Below, in pieces: positions 37,613 to 49,117 of a stretch of 64,000 nt of DNA (its first letter is position 1; each line of letters opens with the position of its first letter). The DNA is taken from positions 3,322,117-3,386,116 of the forward strand of contig NC_083410.1 in assembly GCF_020745735.1 (NCBI RefSeq), in the 5' to 3' direction. The notes beneath the pieces are model-generated. The model made no database searches. It was not told the origin of the DNA and saw nothing but the letters and a program-made list of their open reading frames with translations. Both the position numbers and the translations under genes were made by a program. This stretch comes from Hemiscyllium ocellatum (taxonomy: Eukaryota).

Positions 37613-37808
37613 TTTCCAAGGTTAAAAAGAAGTGAATGATTGATTGCTCTTTGATTATTTTCTGTCAAAGCCTGTTGTGGAACAGAGACTCTATGTGTGT
37701 TACAAGTTATGATTTGTTATCGTTCTGGTGATACTGAAGTTCCTCCCGGATGTGGCTTCTGTTTCTCAAAATGCAGCAAAAACCAACAGTGGTGTCCCAT
37801 TTCCTTAC

Positions 37809-37852
37809 CACAACAGGTGGAACTGCCACTTGCTCACTGCTCAGTGTTTGAT
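37809..37852 (-). other. Candidate 44-nt mini-exon (connecting-peptide/hinge-like)
   Basis: Strong acceptor ttctgttttctttcag| and donor |gtaagg, phase 1 to 0. Reads (D)QTLSSEQVAVPPVV. Supported by splice signals only. Confidence 0.3.
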
Positions 37853-38706
37853 CTGAAAGAAAACAGAATGAAATCTCTTCAGCATGGAGCCAAGTCACAA
37901 TCGAGCTCTTTAAACTGGGAAAATGGTGAGGGGAAAATGCCAGTGTGACTTTAGGCAGTCTTAGAGGAAGGTAGGTGGTGGGAATCCTGGACACTGCTCT
38001 CCGTTATAACGTTCACCTTGTCAATCAGACAAACTCAGCACAGAGAGAGCACCATCAGCCAATCACACCCACATTAGATCTTTTAAAGAGTTATTGTGCT
38101 CATTCCCACAGCCCTGCTCTTTAGCAGTGACCCTTTACATTCCTCTTCCTCAAGTACCTATCCAAACCCTTCTTCACACTTATTATGGAATCAGCTTCTA
38201 ACACCTTTTGAGTGTGTTCAAGATTGCAGCAATTCATTCCAGTGAAAACATTTCTCCTTATCCCTGCTCTTTTGTGGTGATGAACTGTATATAAAATATC
38301 TCATCTTTGTAATTTGGAATGATTAAAAAAGAGATACACATGAATATGGATTCGTACTGCTGAGATTCTTTTAAAAGGTCAGAAAGTCATTCTGGAACAG
38401 GAATTCAGTGCAGCCATTCCAAGAAGACACGTGAATGCCATCCGGGAGTTGGGAAAGCCTCTGGAGTGTTAAATAAATAATAGCTATTCTTCTGGGTTCA
38501 TGACAGACAGTGTAAATGTTTTGTCTTGAGTGCAGTTCGATAAACACAAAGATTAAGCTGAACACAACCAAGAGTTGCATACAGAATGAAGTTTGAGTTT
38601 CTCTCCCAGCTCGAGTTTTCAATGGAGAAGAAACCAGTCACCACAGCAGCAAAGTTTTTCCCATTTGTGGACTTCTCCAAACAGGGAGAATTTAGGACAG
38701 AAATGG

Positions 38707-38966
38707 ACAGCACAGTGGTTAGCACTGCTGCCTCACAGCGCCAGAGACCCGGGTTCAATTCCTGCCTCAGGTGACTGACTGTGTGGAGTTTGCACATTCT
38801 CCCCATGTCTGCGTGGGTTTCCTCTGGGTGCTCTGATTTCCTCCCACAGTCCAAAGATGTGCAGGTTAGGGTGAATTGGTCATGCTGGGTCTGGGTGGGT
38901 TGTGCTTCGGCGGGTCAGTGTGGACTTGTTGGACGAAGGGCCTGTTTCCACACTGTAAGTAATCTA
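38707..38966 (+). mobile_element. HE1-type V-SINE
   Basis: cacagtggttagcactgctgcctcacagcgcc...ccacactgtaagtaatctaa. Confidence 0.88.
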
Positions 38967-39144
38967 AACCTTCAGCTTGTTCAAATTGAAAATGTAGAGA
39001 CATTAGAACATCGATTGATTCATGCATTTGAATTGAGATTAAAAACTAAGAAATTGTTATGACAGTTCAAGACAAAGAAATAAACAGGAATCAGTATTTG
39101 GGAAATTAAAGGGTTGAGACTGGAATATAATTTCTCCAGACTTT

Positions 39145-39445
39145 AGAATTAGAATTCCTACACTGTGGAAATATGCTCTTTGGCCTAACGACTCCACACC
39201 GACCCTCTGAAGAGCAACCCACCCAGACCCATTCCCCTAATTAATAAACTACACTATGTGCAATCTAGAATGGCCAATTCATCTAACCTGCACATGTTCG
39301 GATTGTGGGAGGAAACCGGAGCACACCCACACAGACATGGGGAGAACGTGCAAACTCTATCGACATTCATCTGAGGCTGGAATCAAACCCAGGTTGCTGG
39401 TGCTGTGAGGCAGCAGTGATAACCGCTGAGCCACCATGCCACCCT
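39145..39445 (-). mobile_element. HE1-type V-SINE (diverged)
   Basis: Reverse-complement head ggtggcatggtggctcagcggttatcactgctgcc at ~39440. Confidence 0.8.
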
Positions 39446-40534
39446 GTGCCTCTGTAATAGATAGTGAAGAGAATTTGGGTGAAACGTTGTTTTAATGAGT
39501 GTGTTAAGGTTCTTCGCACTGTAATAAATGTATACACACGTATTTTTTTTCTTTGGTGCAATAAACGTAAGTTCCATTGTTAAAGAACATCTGCAGCCTC
39601 GTGTGAATATTTCCCAGTGAGTTACCATGATGGTAAGTCGTGTTGATCCGACATATGAGGTGCTCTAACCATGAGCTTATCAATGATATCAGGAATCTAA
39701 TGATATTAAATGGAGATTTGGATCAAGGAGTAGTTCCTGCCCAATGTTGCAATATTGATGGAATTAGTTTGCTTACCATTTACTGTTGTATACACAGAGT
39801 TCTGGTCTTCAGCAGAGCTCTTAAATAAATGCAACACATTCGATTTATTGCACATTTACCACAGAACAACACTGTCTCCTTCGCAGTCTCGGGGATGATG
39901 GATTTTACACTATTCACCATGGACTTTCGAGATGAAAAGGGTGATCTCGAAACTTGGTTCTTTTTTAAAAAGAGCAGAATTTATGTGAACAACTATGGAA
40001 AGAATTTGACCAAATCAGAGGGCATGCTGGGAAACTTGGCCAAGTTGTTGTTATTCCTGATTGTGGAAGGGAGAGATTTCTTCAAGAAACTTGCTGCACT
40101 GTCAGCTGGTACAGACTGAGAAAGAAGCTAATATTAGAATAGAGCTGGAGCGAGTCATCAGCAAATGGATCTATGACTTTGCTCTGGCCTGTGATGTGAT
40201 CAGAAGACTTCTGGCTCAAGTCTGGCTTTGATTGTTAAGGGGTCTCACTGTGAAGGGGCAGTATCTCTCTTTCTCTCTCTGAGACAGATCATCTGGGTTC
40301 AAGCCCCAATTGCCCCAGGGAGGAGTCAGAACAGATTGAAAAATAACATTTCCCAGTGGCTTCTCTACAATGGAATAAGAACCAGCTAAAAAGTGAGAGT
40401 GAGGAAGGATTAACCCTCAGGCTTTCAGAAAAATAGCTGATGTTAGTTTCTAATTTACGTAAGTTTCAAACTCTATTCATGTATAAACTGCTCATGTTTT
40501 AACATCAATAAACCAATCATTTAGAAAAATGTTT

Positions 40535-40760
40535 AGTGAGTTTGCACGTTCCCCCCGTGTCTGCGTGGGTTTCCTCCGGGTGCTCCGGTTTCCTCCCACA
40601 GTCCAAAGATGTGCGGGTCAGGTGAATTGGCCATGCTAAATTGCCCGTAGTGTTAAGTAAGGGGTAAATGTAGGGGTATGGGTGGGGTCGCGCTTCGGCG
40701 GGTCGGTGTGGACTTGTTGGGCCGAAGGGCCTGTTTCCACACTGTAAATAAGCTAATCTA
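40535..40760 (+). mobile_element. HE1-type V-SINE, 5' truncated
   Basis: gagtttgcacgttcccccgtgtctgcg...ggcctgtttccacactgtaa. Confidence 0.88.
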
Positions 40761-42047
40761 ATGGAATTGATTTTTATCTCTCTTATCCCAGAGGTTCAAA
40801 AAGAATATTCTGGCAGGGAGGATTGGGCAAAATCGAGACCCTGTCTTGCAGCACAGTTTAGGAACTGATGATTGGAGATTTTAATCTTTCCATTGGAATG
40901 CAACAAACACAGCGTGTGCACTGGACTGCAGCAGTCCAAGAAGGCAACTCACCATCACCTTCTCCAGGGGAATAAATACTGAGCTCAGCCACTGATGCCT
41001 ATATTCCATGGGTGAATATGAAAATAACCATCATATTTGGAGACAGATGGATGTCACATTTTAATTCTGTTTTCCTCAGTAACAGGACACTGTAGCCTGT
41101 GCTGGAAGGCCATGGATAAATAGCAGCTAGACTTGGCTGGATAGTGTTCCACTGGGCTCCCTGTGTACGGACAATATTTTAACTTCCCACAGTATTTACA
41201 CTCACTGCTAGATTCAAACAATCTTCACAAAGTCAGCGGTTACAATTTCAGCATCAAGAAAATATTCTTTATCTTTTGAATGTTCGTTAAGACCCTCTGG
41301 ACATGTGTGTCCTTTACTCAGAGTGAACATTCCATCAGCCTCCAGACACTGACAAAGCTCTCAAGGTCATGAAACTGTGAAGACTGAGAGAGTGACCTGC
41401 ACATCTGAAGTACAGTCAGCAGGATTGCTTTATTTAAGAAAATCTATCATTTAACAGAAGTGATTCAGAAAAGGTTCATCAGGATGATCCCTGGTGTGGA
41501 GGGATAGTCTTATGAGCAAAGGCTAAACTGGTTGGGACTCTACTCACTGGCGATGAGAGAATGAGAGGTGATCGCGTTGAAACAAACGATTCTTTTGGGC
41601 TTGGCAGAGTTAATGCTGAGGAGAGTGTTTCCCTCATGGGAGAGTCTAGGACCAGAGGACATAGTCTCAGAATAATGGGGCATCAATTTAAGACAGAGAT
41701 GAGGAGGAATTTCTTATCTGCAAGGGTTGAGAGTCTTTGGAACTCCTTGCCATAGAGAGCTGTGGGGGCAGATTCTTCGAATCTTTGAGATGGAGATCTT
41801 GATCTGAGGGTTATAGAAAGAGGCAGGAGAGTGATTGAGAGGAATGTTGGATCAGCCATGATCCTATTGGGTGGCAGAGCACGCTTTAGGGTTAAATGGC
41901 CTATTCCTATTCCTATTTCTTATGGTCAGCAACTCACTGGGATGCTGCCAAGTACAGTAAGTGGAATTACAAAGAAAGACTTCAGAAAGTCTTTATATCA
42001 TTGGATGAACTACACTTTAGGATTGTAATCAAAGTATTTAAAATCCT

Positions 42048-44373
42048 GTTGTGGTTCTGTTCGCCGAGCTGGAAGTTTTTGCTGCAAACGTTTCGTTCCC
42101 TGGCTAGGGAACATCATCAGTGCTATTGGAGCCTCCTGTGAAGTGCTGCTTTGATGTTTCTTCCGGTATTTATAGTGGTTTGTTCTTGCCGCTTCCGGTG
42201 TCAGTTTCAGCTGTAGTAGTTTGTATGTGGGGTCCAGGTCGATGTGTCTGCTGATGGATGTTCTTGCCGTTTCCGAGTGTCAGTTTCAGCTGTAGTGGTT
42301 TGTATATGGGGTCCAGGTCTATGTGTCTGTTAATGGAGTTTGTGGATGAATGCCATGCCTCTAGGAATTCCCTGGCTGTTCTCTGTCTGGCTTGTCCTAT
42401 GATGGTAGTGTTTTCCCAGTCAAATTCATGTTCCTGGTTGTCTGAGTGTATGGCTACTAGGGATAGCTGGTCGTGTCGTTTTGTGGCTAGCTGATGTTCA
42501 TGGATGCGGATTGTTAGCTGTCTTCCTGTTTGTCCTATATAGTGTTTTGTGCAGTCCTTGCATGGTATTTTGTAAACTACGTTAGTTTGGCTCGTGCTGG
42601 GTATTGGGTCCTTTGTTCTAGTGAGTTGTTGTCTGAGTGTGGAAGTTGGCTTGTGTGCTGTTATGAGTCCTAAGGGTCGCAGTAGTCTGGCTGTCAGTTC
42701 TGAGACGCTCCTGACGTATGGTAGTGTGGCTAGTCCTTTTGGTTGTGGCATGTCCTCATTCTGTGGTCTATCTCTTAGGCATCTGGTGATAAAGTTGCGT
42801 GGGTATCCGTTTTTGGCGAATACCTTGTATAGGTGTTCCTCTTCCTCTTTTCGCAGTTCTGGTGTACTGCAGTGTGTTGTGGCTCTTTTGAATAGTGTCC
42901 TGATGCAGCTTCGTTTGTGTGTGTTGGGGTGGTTACTTTCATAGTTTAGGACTTGGTCTGTGTGTGTTGGTTTCCTGTGTACCCTTGTGGTGAATTCTCC
43001 GTTGGGTGTTCTCTCTACTAACACGTCTAGGAATGGGAGTTGGCTATCCTTTTCCTCTTCTCTCGTGAATCGTATTCCTGTGAGTGTGGCGTTGATGATT
43101 CGGTGTGTTTTTTCTATTTCTGTGTCTTTGATGATTACAAAGGTGTCATCGACGTATCTGATCCAGAGTTTGGGTTGGATTTGTGGTAGGGCTGTATGTT
43201 CTAACCTTTGCATAACTGCCTCTGCTATGAGTCCCGAGATTGGTGATCCCATGGGTGTTCCGTTGATTTGTTCGTATATCTGATTGTTGAATGTAAAGTG
43301 TGTGGTGAGGCACAGGTCTAGTAGTTTAAGTATGCCGTCCTTGTTGATAGGTTCGGCCTCCTGTGTTCTGTTATGTATGTCTAGTAGGTTGGCTATTGTT
43401 TCTCTGGCTAGGGTTTTGTCAATTGATGTGAACAGTGCCGTCACGTCGAATGATACCATGGTTTCTTCTTTGTCTATGTGTGTATTCCTGATGATGTCCA
43501 AGAATTCCTGTGTTGATTGTATGGAGTGTTTGGATCCGCTGACTAGGTGTTTCAGTTTTTGTTGTAGTTCTTTGGCCAGTTTGTATGCTGGTGTCCCTGG
43601 TAGTGATACTATGGGTCTGAGTGGGATGTCTGGTTTGTGTACTTTGGGTAGTCCGTAGAATCTGGGGGTGTTGTTGCTTTCAGGTTTCATTCTTTGCTGG
43701 TCCGCTTTATCTGTCCATTTTTTTTGTAGATTCCTTAGTGTGTTGATTATTCTATTGGTGAGTTGTGGTGTGGGGTCGGAATCCTTCATTTGGTAGGTGT
43801 TGGTGTCTGCGAGTAGTTGTTGTGCTTTATTGATGTAGTCTGATTTATCTAAGATGACCGTCATTCTGCCTTTATCTGCCGGTAGTATGATTATGTTCTT
43901 GTCATTTTTCAGTGCTTTCAGTGCTTCCCTCTCCTTGGTGTTGAGGTTATGTGTATGTCGTTTTCTTATCATCATAGGTACAACCGTTTGTCTCACTGTT
44001 TGTTGTGTCTCTTCTGTCAGTCCATTGTTCCTGAGTGTGCATTCTAGTGCTGCTAGGAAGTCTGCTGTGTTGGCATCCCTGTAGTTGTATTTGAGTCCCT
44101 TGGCCAGTATAGTTCTTTCCGTGTCTGTGAGCTGTCTGTGGGAGAGGTTTTTAACCCAGGTGTGTGTTGTAGTGTCCTCCTGTTTGTCGGTTAGTTTGTC
44201 CATTTTTTCTTTTAGTGCCGTTTTTTTGTGAAGTGTTGTCCTGTTCTGTCCTATAGTGATAGCCTGTTCTATGGTCCCTAGCCAGGGAACGAAACGTTTG
44301 CAGCAAAAACTTCCAGCTCGGCGAACAGAACCACAACAACGGACACCCGAGCTACAAATCTTCAACCAGACTT
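42048..44373 (-). mobile_element. Penelope-like retroelement with open RT + GIY-YIG frame, inverted termini and 13-bp TSD
   Basis: ORF 42170-44365 has ILPADKG, SFDVTALFTSI, GTPMGSPISG, YVDD and VVYKIPCKDCTKHYIGQTGR. 42048-42110 is the reverse complement of 44275-44337. TSD tatttaaaatcct lies at 42035-42047 and 44374-44386, inside an older CR1 fragment. Confidence 0.95.
42084..42123 (-). ncRNA. Minimal type I hammerhead ribozyme in the Penelope pLTR
   Basis: Minus strand reads GCA CUGAUGA U GUUCCCU agcc AGGGAAC GAAA CGUU UGC. It has both core boxes, a 7-bp stem II, a palindromic stem III (AACGUU) and a short stem I (GCA/UGC). Confidence 0.8.
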
Positions 44374-45800
44374 TATTTAAAATCCTTTAAAAGGGCAATG
44401 AATGAGAGAGAAACAGACTATTGAGGGGATGAAGTATGAGGGATCATCAATACAAATTGCAAAAGAAAAGATTGAGTCTAGACATTCAGGAAATCCCTTC
44501 ACCCAGACGATGGGGAGGCTCTGGGAGTTGCTCCAGATTAATGGTAGGTGGAGGATCAATGTCAACATTCAGGATTCAATTGGAGAGGGGTGTCAGGATA
44601 AAGGGGATTGAATGGATAGGGGAACAGGACAGAGAATTGTGATTTGGGATTTCTGCTGATGTGGAAGTGAAAGGCCAGCAAGGGTTATTGGGTTGAGTGG
44701 CTTAACACTCACTTAGTCTTTCCAGCAGGTGGTGCTGTGCTGCCAGTGAGCCCCCAGCTCTAAGGCAGGCACTGACACTGGGCTCGGTGGGTAATGATCC
44801 AGTACCTACTGGGGATCCTGCAGGTGATGTCTAATGCTTGACCCATTCAAAGCTTTCTGACTGTGACCAGCAAGTACCTGTGGCCTGGCACTGGAGGACG
44901 TGTGATACCAGAGATGGAGCAAATTGGCAGTGATTGGGCAACTGGATGTGTGGCATGGTCTCGACAGTCACTGACCCACCATTTATAATGGATCTGTACG
45001 CTGCAGTGGGAATATCAGCACTCACTAAAAACAACCACTCCAATGTTGAAAATGATAACAGTGCAGTGACAGAATCAAACCCAAGATGAAATGACATTTA
45101 CCCTTGGGTGGAGTCCTTTACTGATGAGCACAGCTTTTGTTTCCAAAGGAAAAATGTGAGCAGGACAATGGAGATCAAGACAGCGAAGCCCAGAATGGTG
45201 CCAATGATTAAAATGGGATCTGAAGTTCAGGGAATACCATGAGAAGACTCTTCTGTAAAATATCAGAATGTCACACACACAGTCACTTCAGTCTGGCCAA
45301 TGTCTAAGATTGTCAACATTAATTTTGATTTCCTCACGACAGTAACACCCCTCCTGACTCCCCAAAGCCTGTCCACTATCGACAAGGCACAAGTCAAGAG
45401 TGTGATGGAATGCTCCCCACTTGCCTGGATGGGGGCAGTTCCAAAAATGCTCATGATCTTGCCATTATCCAGGTCAAAGCAACTGACACCATTGGCCACC
45501 ACAGCTGCAAGCACTCATTCTCACCACCACTGACTCCCTGCTGTGCACTATGAGATACAGTGCAGAAATTCATAAAACATCCTCAGGCACACCTTCCAAA
45601 CGCACAACCTCCTCCATCTAGAAGGACAAGGGCATCAGATACATGGGAACACCACCCCCTGTAAGTTCCTCTCCAAGCCACACCCCATCCAGCCTTGGGA
45701 ATATCTGGCTTTGATGACCATTCTGCCCTTCCACTGATGAAGAACAGCAGACGGGTGCTCCTTTCCCTGATCACACCAGTGTTCCCTCCCATTTACTTAC

Positions 45801-46152
45801 CAGTTACACTGAGCTGGCTCTCTGCTCCATAGATGTAGCTCCACACACTGCAGCTGTACACAGCAGTATCAGTGAGTCACATTCACAAGGCTCAGAGTGT
45901 AACTGTTCCTGCTGACATTCCTGGAAAGCTGAACACGATCGGGGAAACCCTGGGTCTTGGTGAGGGTGCCATTCACAAAGTGGCTTATCACCCACTCTCT
46001 GTTGCTGCCAGGTTGCTGGTAATGCCAGTGGACATCAGTGTCAATCACACTGGCATTGTACATGGCACACTGGAACTCAACAGTTTCACCCTCTGCTACC
46101 TTGCTGACCACTGGATCCTGAATGAGGACTGGATCAGCCAATGGGTTTGTTC
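45801..46152 (-). pseudogene. Germline-joined VJ exon, pseudogene
   Basis: Reads TNPLADPVLIQDPVVSKVAEGETVEFQCAMYNASVIDTDVHWHYQQPGSNREWVISHFVNGTLTKTQGFPDRVQLSRNVSRNSYTLSLVNVT[frameshift]TDTAVYSCSVWSYIYGAESQLSVT|gtaagt. There is an apparent 2-nt deletion at ~45875, and the expected acceptor AG reads AT. Confidence 0.9.
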
Positions 46153-48042
46153 ATATTAAAGAGAAAAAAATAATATAACTGGAATTGTAACATTTTATAA
46201 AATCTTCTCCCGGTTAAATGATGATTTGCAGAAGATGAATGAAGCTTCCTGTGTGGATATTGCCGTTTGTAATTTGAGAAGAAATTATTAGAAACATATC
46301 CATCACTGAATGCTTTCCAATTTGCTGCTGTGATTCGTTTTGTGAATAAACTATCAAGAGGAGAATTTCCTAATGCTCCCAGCTGACTGATTGGAAGAGA
46401 TTGAGCAGCCATTTAAAAAGTTTCATTCTCACTGAAAATGAAAGGAAAAATGTTGAAAGTTTCAAACAGCTTACAATCAATGCTCCCTGAGCACACCCTC
46501 TCTGATTCACTGTTGCTCCATCCGATTCTGTATCCTAACAGTGTGCAAGGCTGTGGGGAGAGAGCAGGACATTGGCAGTTGGGAATGATGCTCATTTGAA
46601 GAGTCAGTGCAGACAGGATGGGCTGAATGGTCTCCTTCTACGCTGGAATGTTTCTGTGATTCTCTGATTCTGTCTCTAAGCCAGATAGACCCTGACTGCA
46701 CTTGCCTGGAATTGAGTCAGCAATGGGCAAGATGAAGCCCTTCTGTTCGGAACCTCAGACTTTCCCTTCCATTCCTGACCTGGGTGATTATCCCAGCGTT
46801 GGGGAATTCTTGGGGTCAGGTCCCAACCTGTGACATTGGGCTCACTGTTAGAAAGGCCTGGGACCCATACCGTCCTCACCTGCAGTCACAGCCTCCTATC
46901 CCTGATCCATGACTAATCTCCAATTCTCGAATCCATTGTGTGAGAGCACCCTCAGGAGAATGGTTTCCAGGGAACTTTCCCCTTCCCTGATGTGACACAA
47001 TGTCTGCAGCTCAGACTCCAGCTCCTCAACTCAGATCCAAACGTCCTCGGGCTGCAAACCCTTCCTCCAGATGTGTTCACTCTGGATCCCATTGGGCTCA
47101 GAGGGACCTTCATTGAAACCTGTCAGATCCTGAGGAGACTTGACCAGGTGAACGTGGAAAGGATGGTTCCTCTTCAGGGAGAATCTAGAACTAGGGGGCA
47201 GGGTTTAAAAATAAAGGATTGCACGTTGAAGGCAGAGATGAAGATTTTTTTTCTCAGCGGGTTGTGAGTTTTTGGAAATCCCTTCATCAAAAGGCAGTGG
47301 ATGCAGAATCTTTAAATGTTTTTAAGGCCGAGGGAGGGAGACTCTTGATCACCCGGGGAGTGGTGGGGGAGTGGGGGGGAGGGGGCTGGGGAGATGGGGG
47401 CGCGGGGTGAAAGGGAACAGGGATATGTAGGAATGTAGATATTAACAGCCAAGTGACTCAGTTTGAGGGCAATGAGGGATGAGGAACAAATGCTGGCCTT
47501 GCCAGTGATGCCCACATTCTATCAGAAAAAAGGAAAACAATTCCCTGATGAACAACATCCTGGGAGTCCACACTAGCCTGTCCATTAACTGGAGCAGTGT
47601 AACAAATACTGTGGCTACAAGAGCAGGTCGAGTTGAGTAGCTCACACTCTGCCTCCCACAGCCTCCCTACCATCTATCAACAAAGCAGAAATCAGGAGGG
47701 TGATGGTACAACTTGCCCGGAGGGGTGCAACTCCAACAACACTCATGAAGCTTCATGCCATCCAGAAGAAAGCAGCTCGCCTGATTGGCATCACAACTAA
47801 CACCTTCAACATTCACTCCCTTTTATACTGATGTACAGTGAGTACCATCTACAAGACGCCCTTCTGTAACTCATCAAAACTCCTCCAACAGCAGCTTCTG
47901 AACCCACAGCTTCTCCATCTGAAAGGACAAAGGCAGTAGGTACATGGGACAGCATCACTTTCAGGTTCCCCTCCGGAGTATTCACCATCCTGAATTGGAA
48001 ATATTGTATACAACTTGTGGTTATAAAGATCAAATTTTTTAG

Positions 48043-48807
48043 ATTATTTTTAAGCTGAAATTAGGGGCCGACTATTACAGGAATATTGCATTCAAGGGGA
48101 TGAAATTCATGTTTGCTCCAAGTCAAAAAATATACAAGCAAGAGCCATATCTCTTTATAAAATAATAAATAAAAGGAAAAATAATTATGGCCATTATTGA
48201 ATATTTATCTCCAAAATAACTGTCTCCATTCTGCCTGCTACAAAAGAAAGGTACTGTCATACTGCATCCCAGTTCCCAGTATTATAAAGTGCATATAAGT
48301 CTACACATTCTGTATATAGGAGAAAGTGAGGACTGCAGATGGTGGAGATCAGAGCTGAAAATGTGTTGCTGGAAAAGCTCAGCAGGTCAGGCAGCATCTA
48401 AGGAGCAGGAGAATCGATGTTTCGGCATGAACCCTTCTTCAGGAATGAGGAAGGTATGCCAAGCAGACTAAGATAAAAGGTAGGAAGGAGGGACTTGGGG
48501 GAGGGGCGTTGGAAATGCAATAGGTGGAAGGAGGTAAAGGTGGGGGTGATAGGCCAGAGTGGGGTTGGGGGTGGAGAGGTCAGGAAGAAGATTGCAGGTT
48601 AGGAAGGTGTGACTAAAAATGGAGACAGTTATTTTGGAGATAAATATTCAATAATGGCCATAATTATTTTTCCTTTTATTTATTATTTTATAAAGAGATC
48701 TGGCTCTTGCTTGTATATTTTTTGACTCGGAGCAAACATGAATTTCATCCCCTTGAATGCAATACTCCTGTAATAGTCTGCCCCTAATTTCAGCTCAAAA
48801 ATAATCA
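48043..48807. repeat. ~188-bp inverted repeat arms around a pLTR-containing spacer
   Basis: 48043-48230 and 48618-48807 are near-identical reverse complements with few mismatches. The spacer holds a Neptune-type pLTR and 3' end (~48320-48610, -). Confidence 0.85.
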
Positions 48808-48809
48808 TC

Positions 48810-48986
48810 TATGACACAATTGGGTAATGGGGCAATGAACTTATTGGTTAGTCTCTGAAATGTGGCTGGCACATTTTTCATACCAAGTGGCATGACTTTA
48901 AACAGATACAGTGCATTTGACATTATGAAAGCCAAAATTGCCTTTGCTCCTTCTGACAAAAGTACCTGCCAGTATCCTCTGAGCAA
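48810..48986 (-). mobile_element. Gypsy RT fragment
   Basis: LRGYWQVLLSEGAKAILAFI...YLFKVMPLGMKNVPATFQRL. Confidence 0.8.
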
Positions 48987-49117
48987 GGAGAAAGTGAGGA
49001 CTGCAGATGCTGGAGATCAGAGCTGACAAATGTGTTGCTGGAAAAGCGCAGCAGATCAGGTAGCATCCAAGGAGCAGGAGAATTGATGTTTTGGGCATAA
49101 GCCCTTCTTCAGGAATC

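Noticed and set aside
39829-40119. 96-aa plus-strand ORF as a gene
   Set aside because: No recognisable domain; it is antisense to the weak C1-like candidate.
42258-44084. Plus-strand ORFs across the Penelope element (and similar ORFs across the CR1 copies)
   Set aside because: Antisense shadows of the retroelement coding frames.
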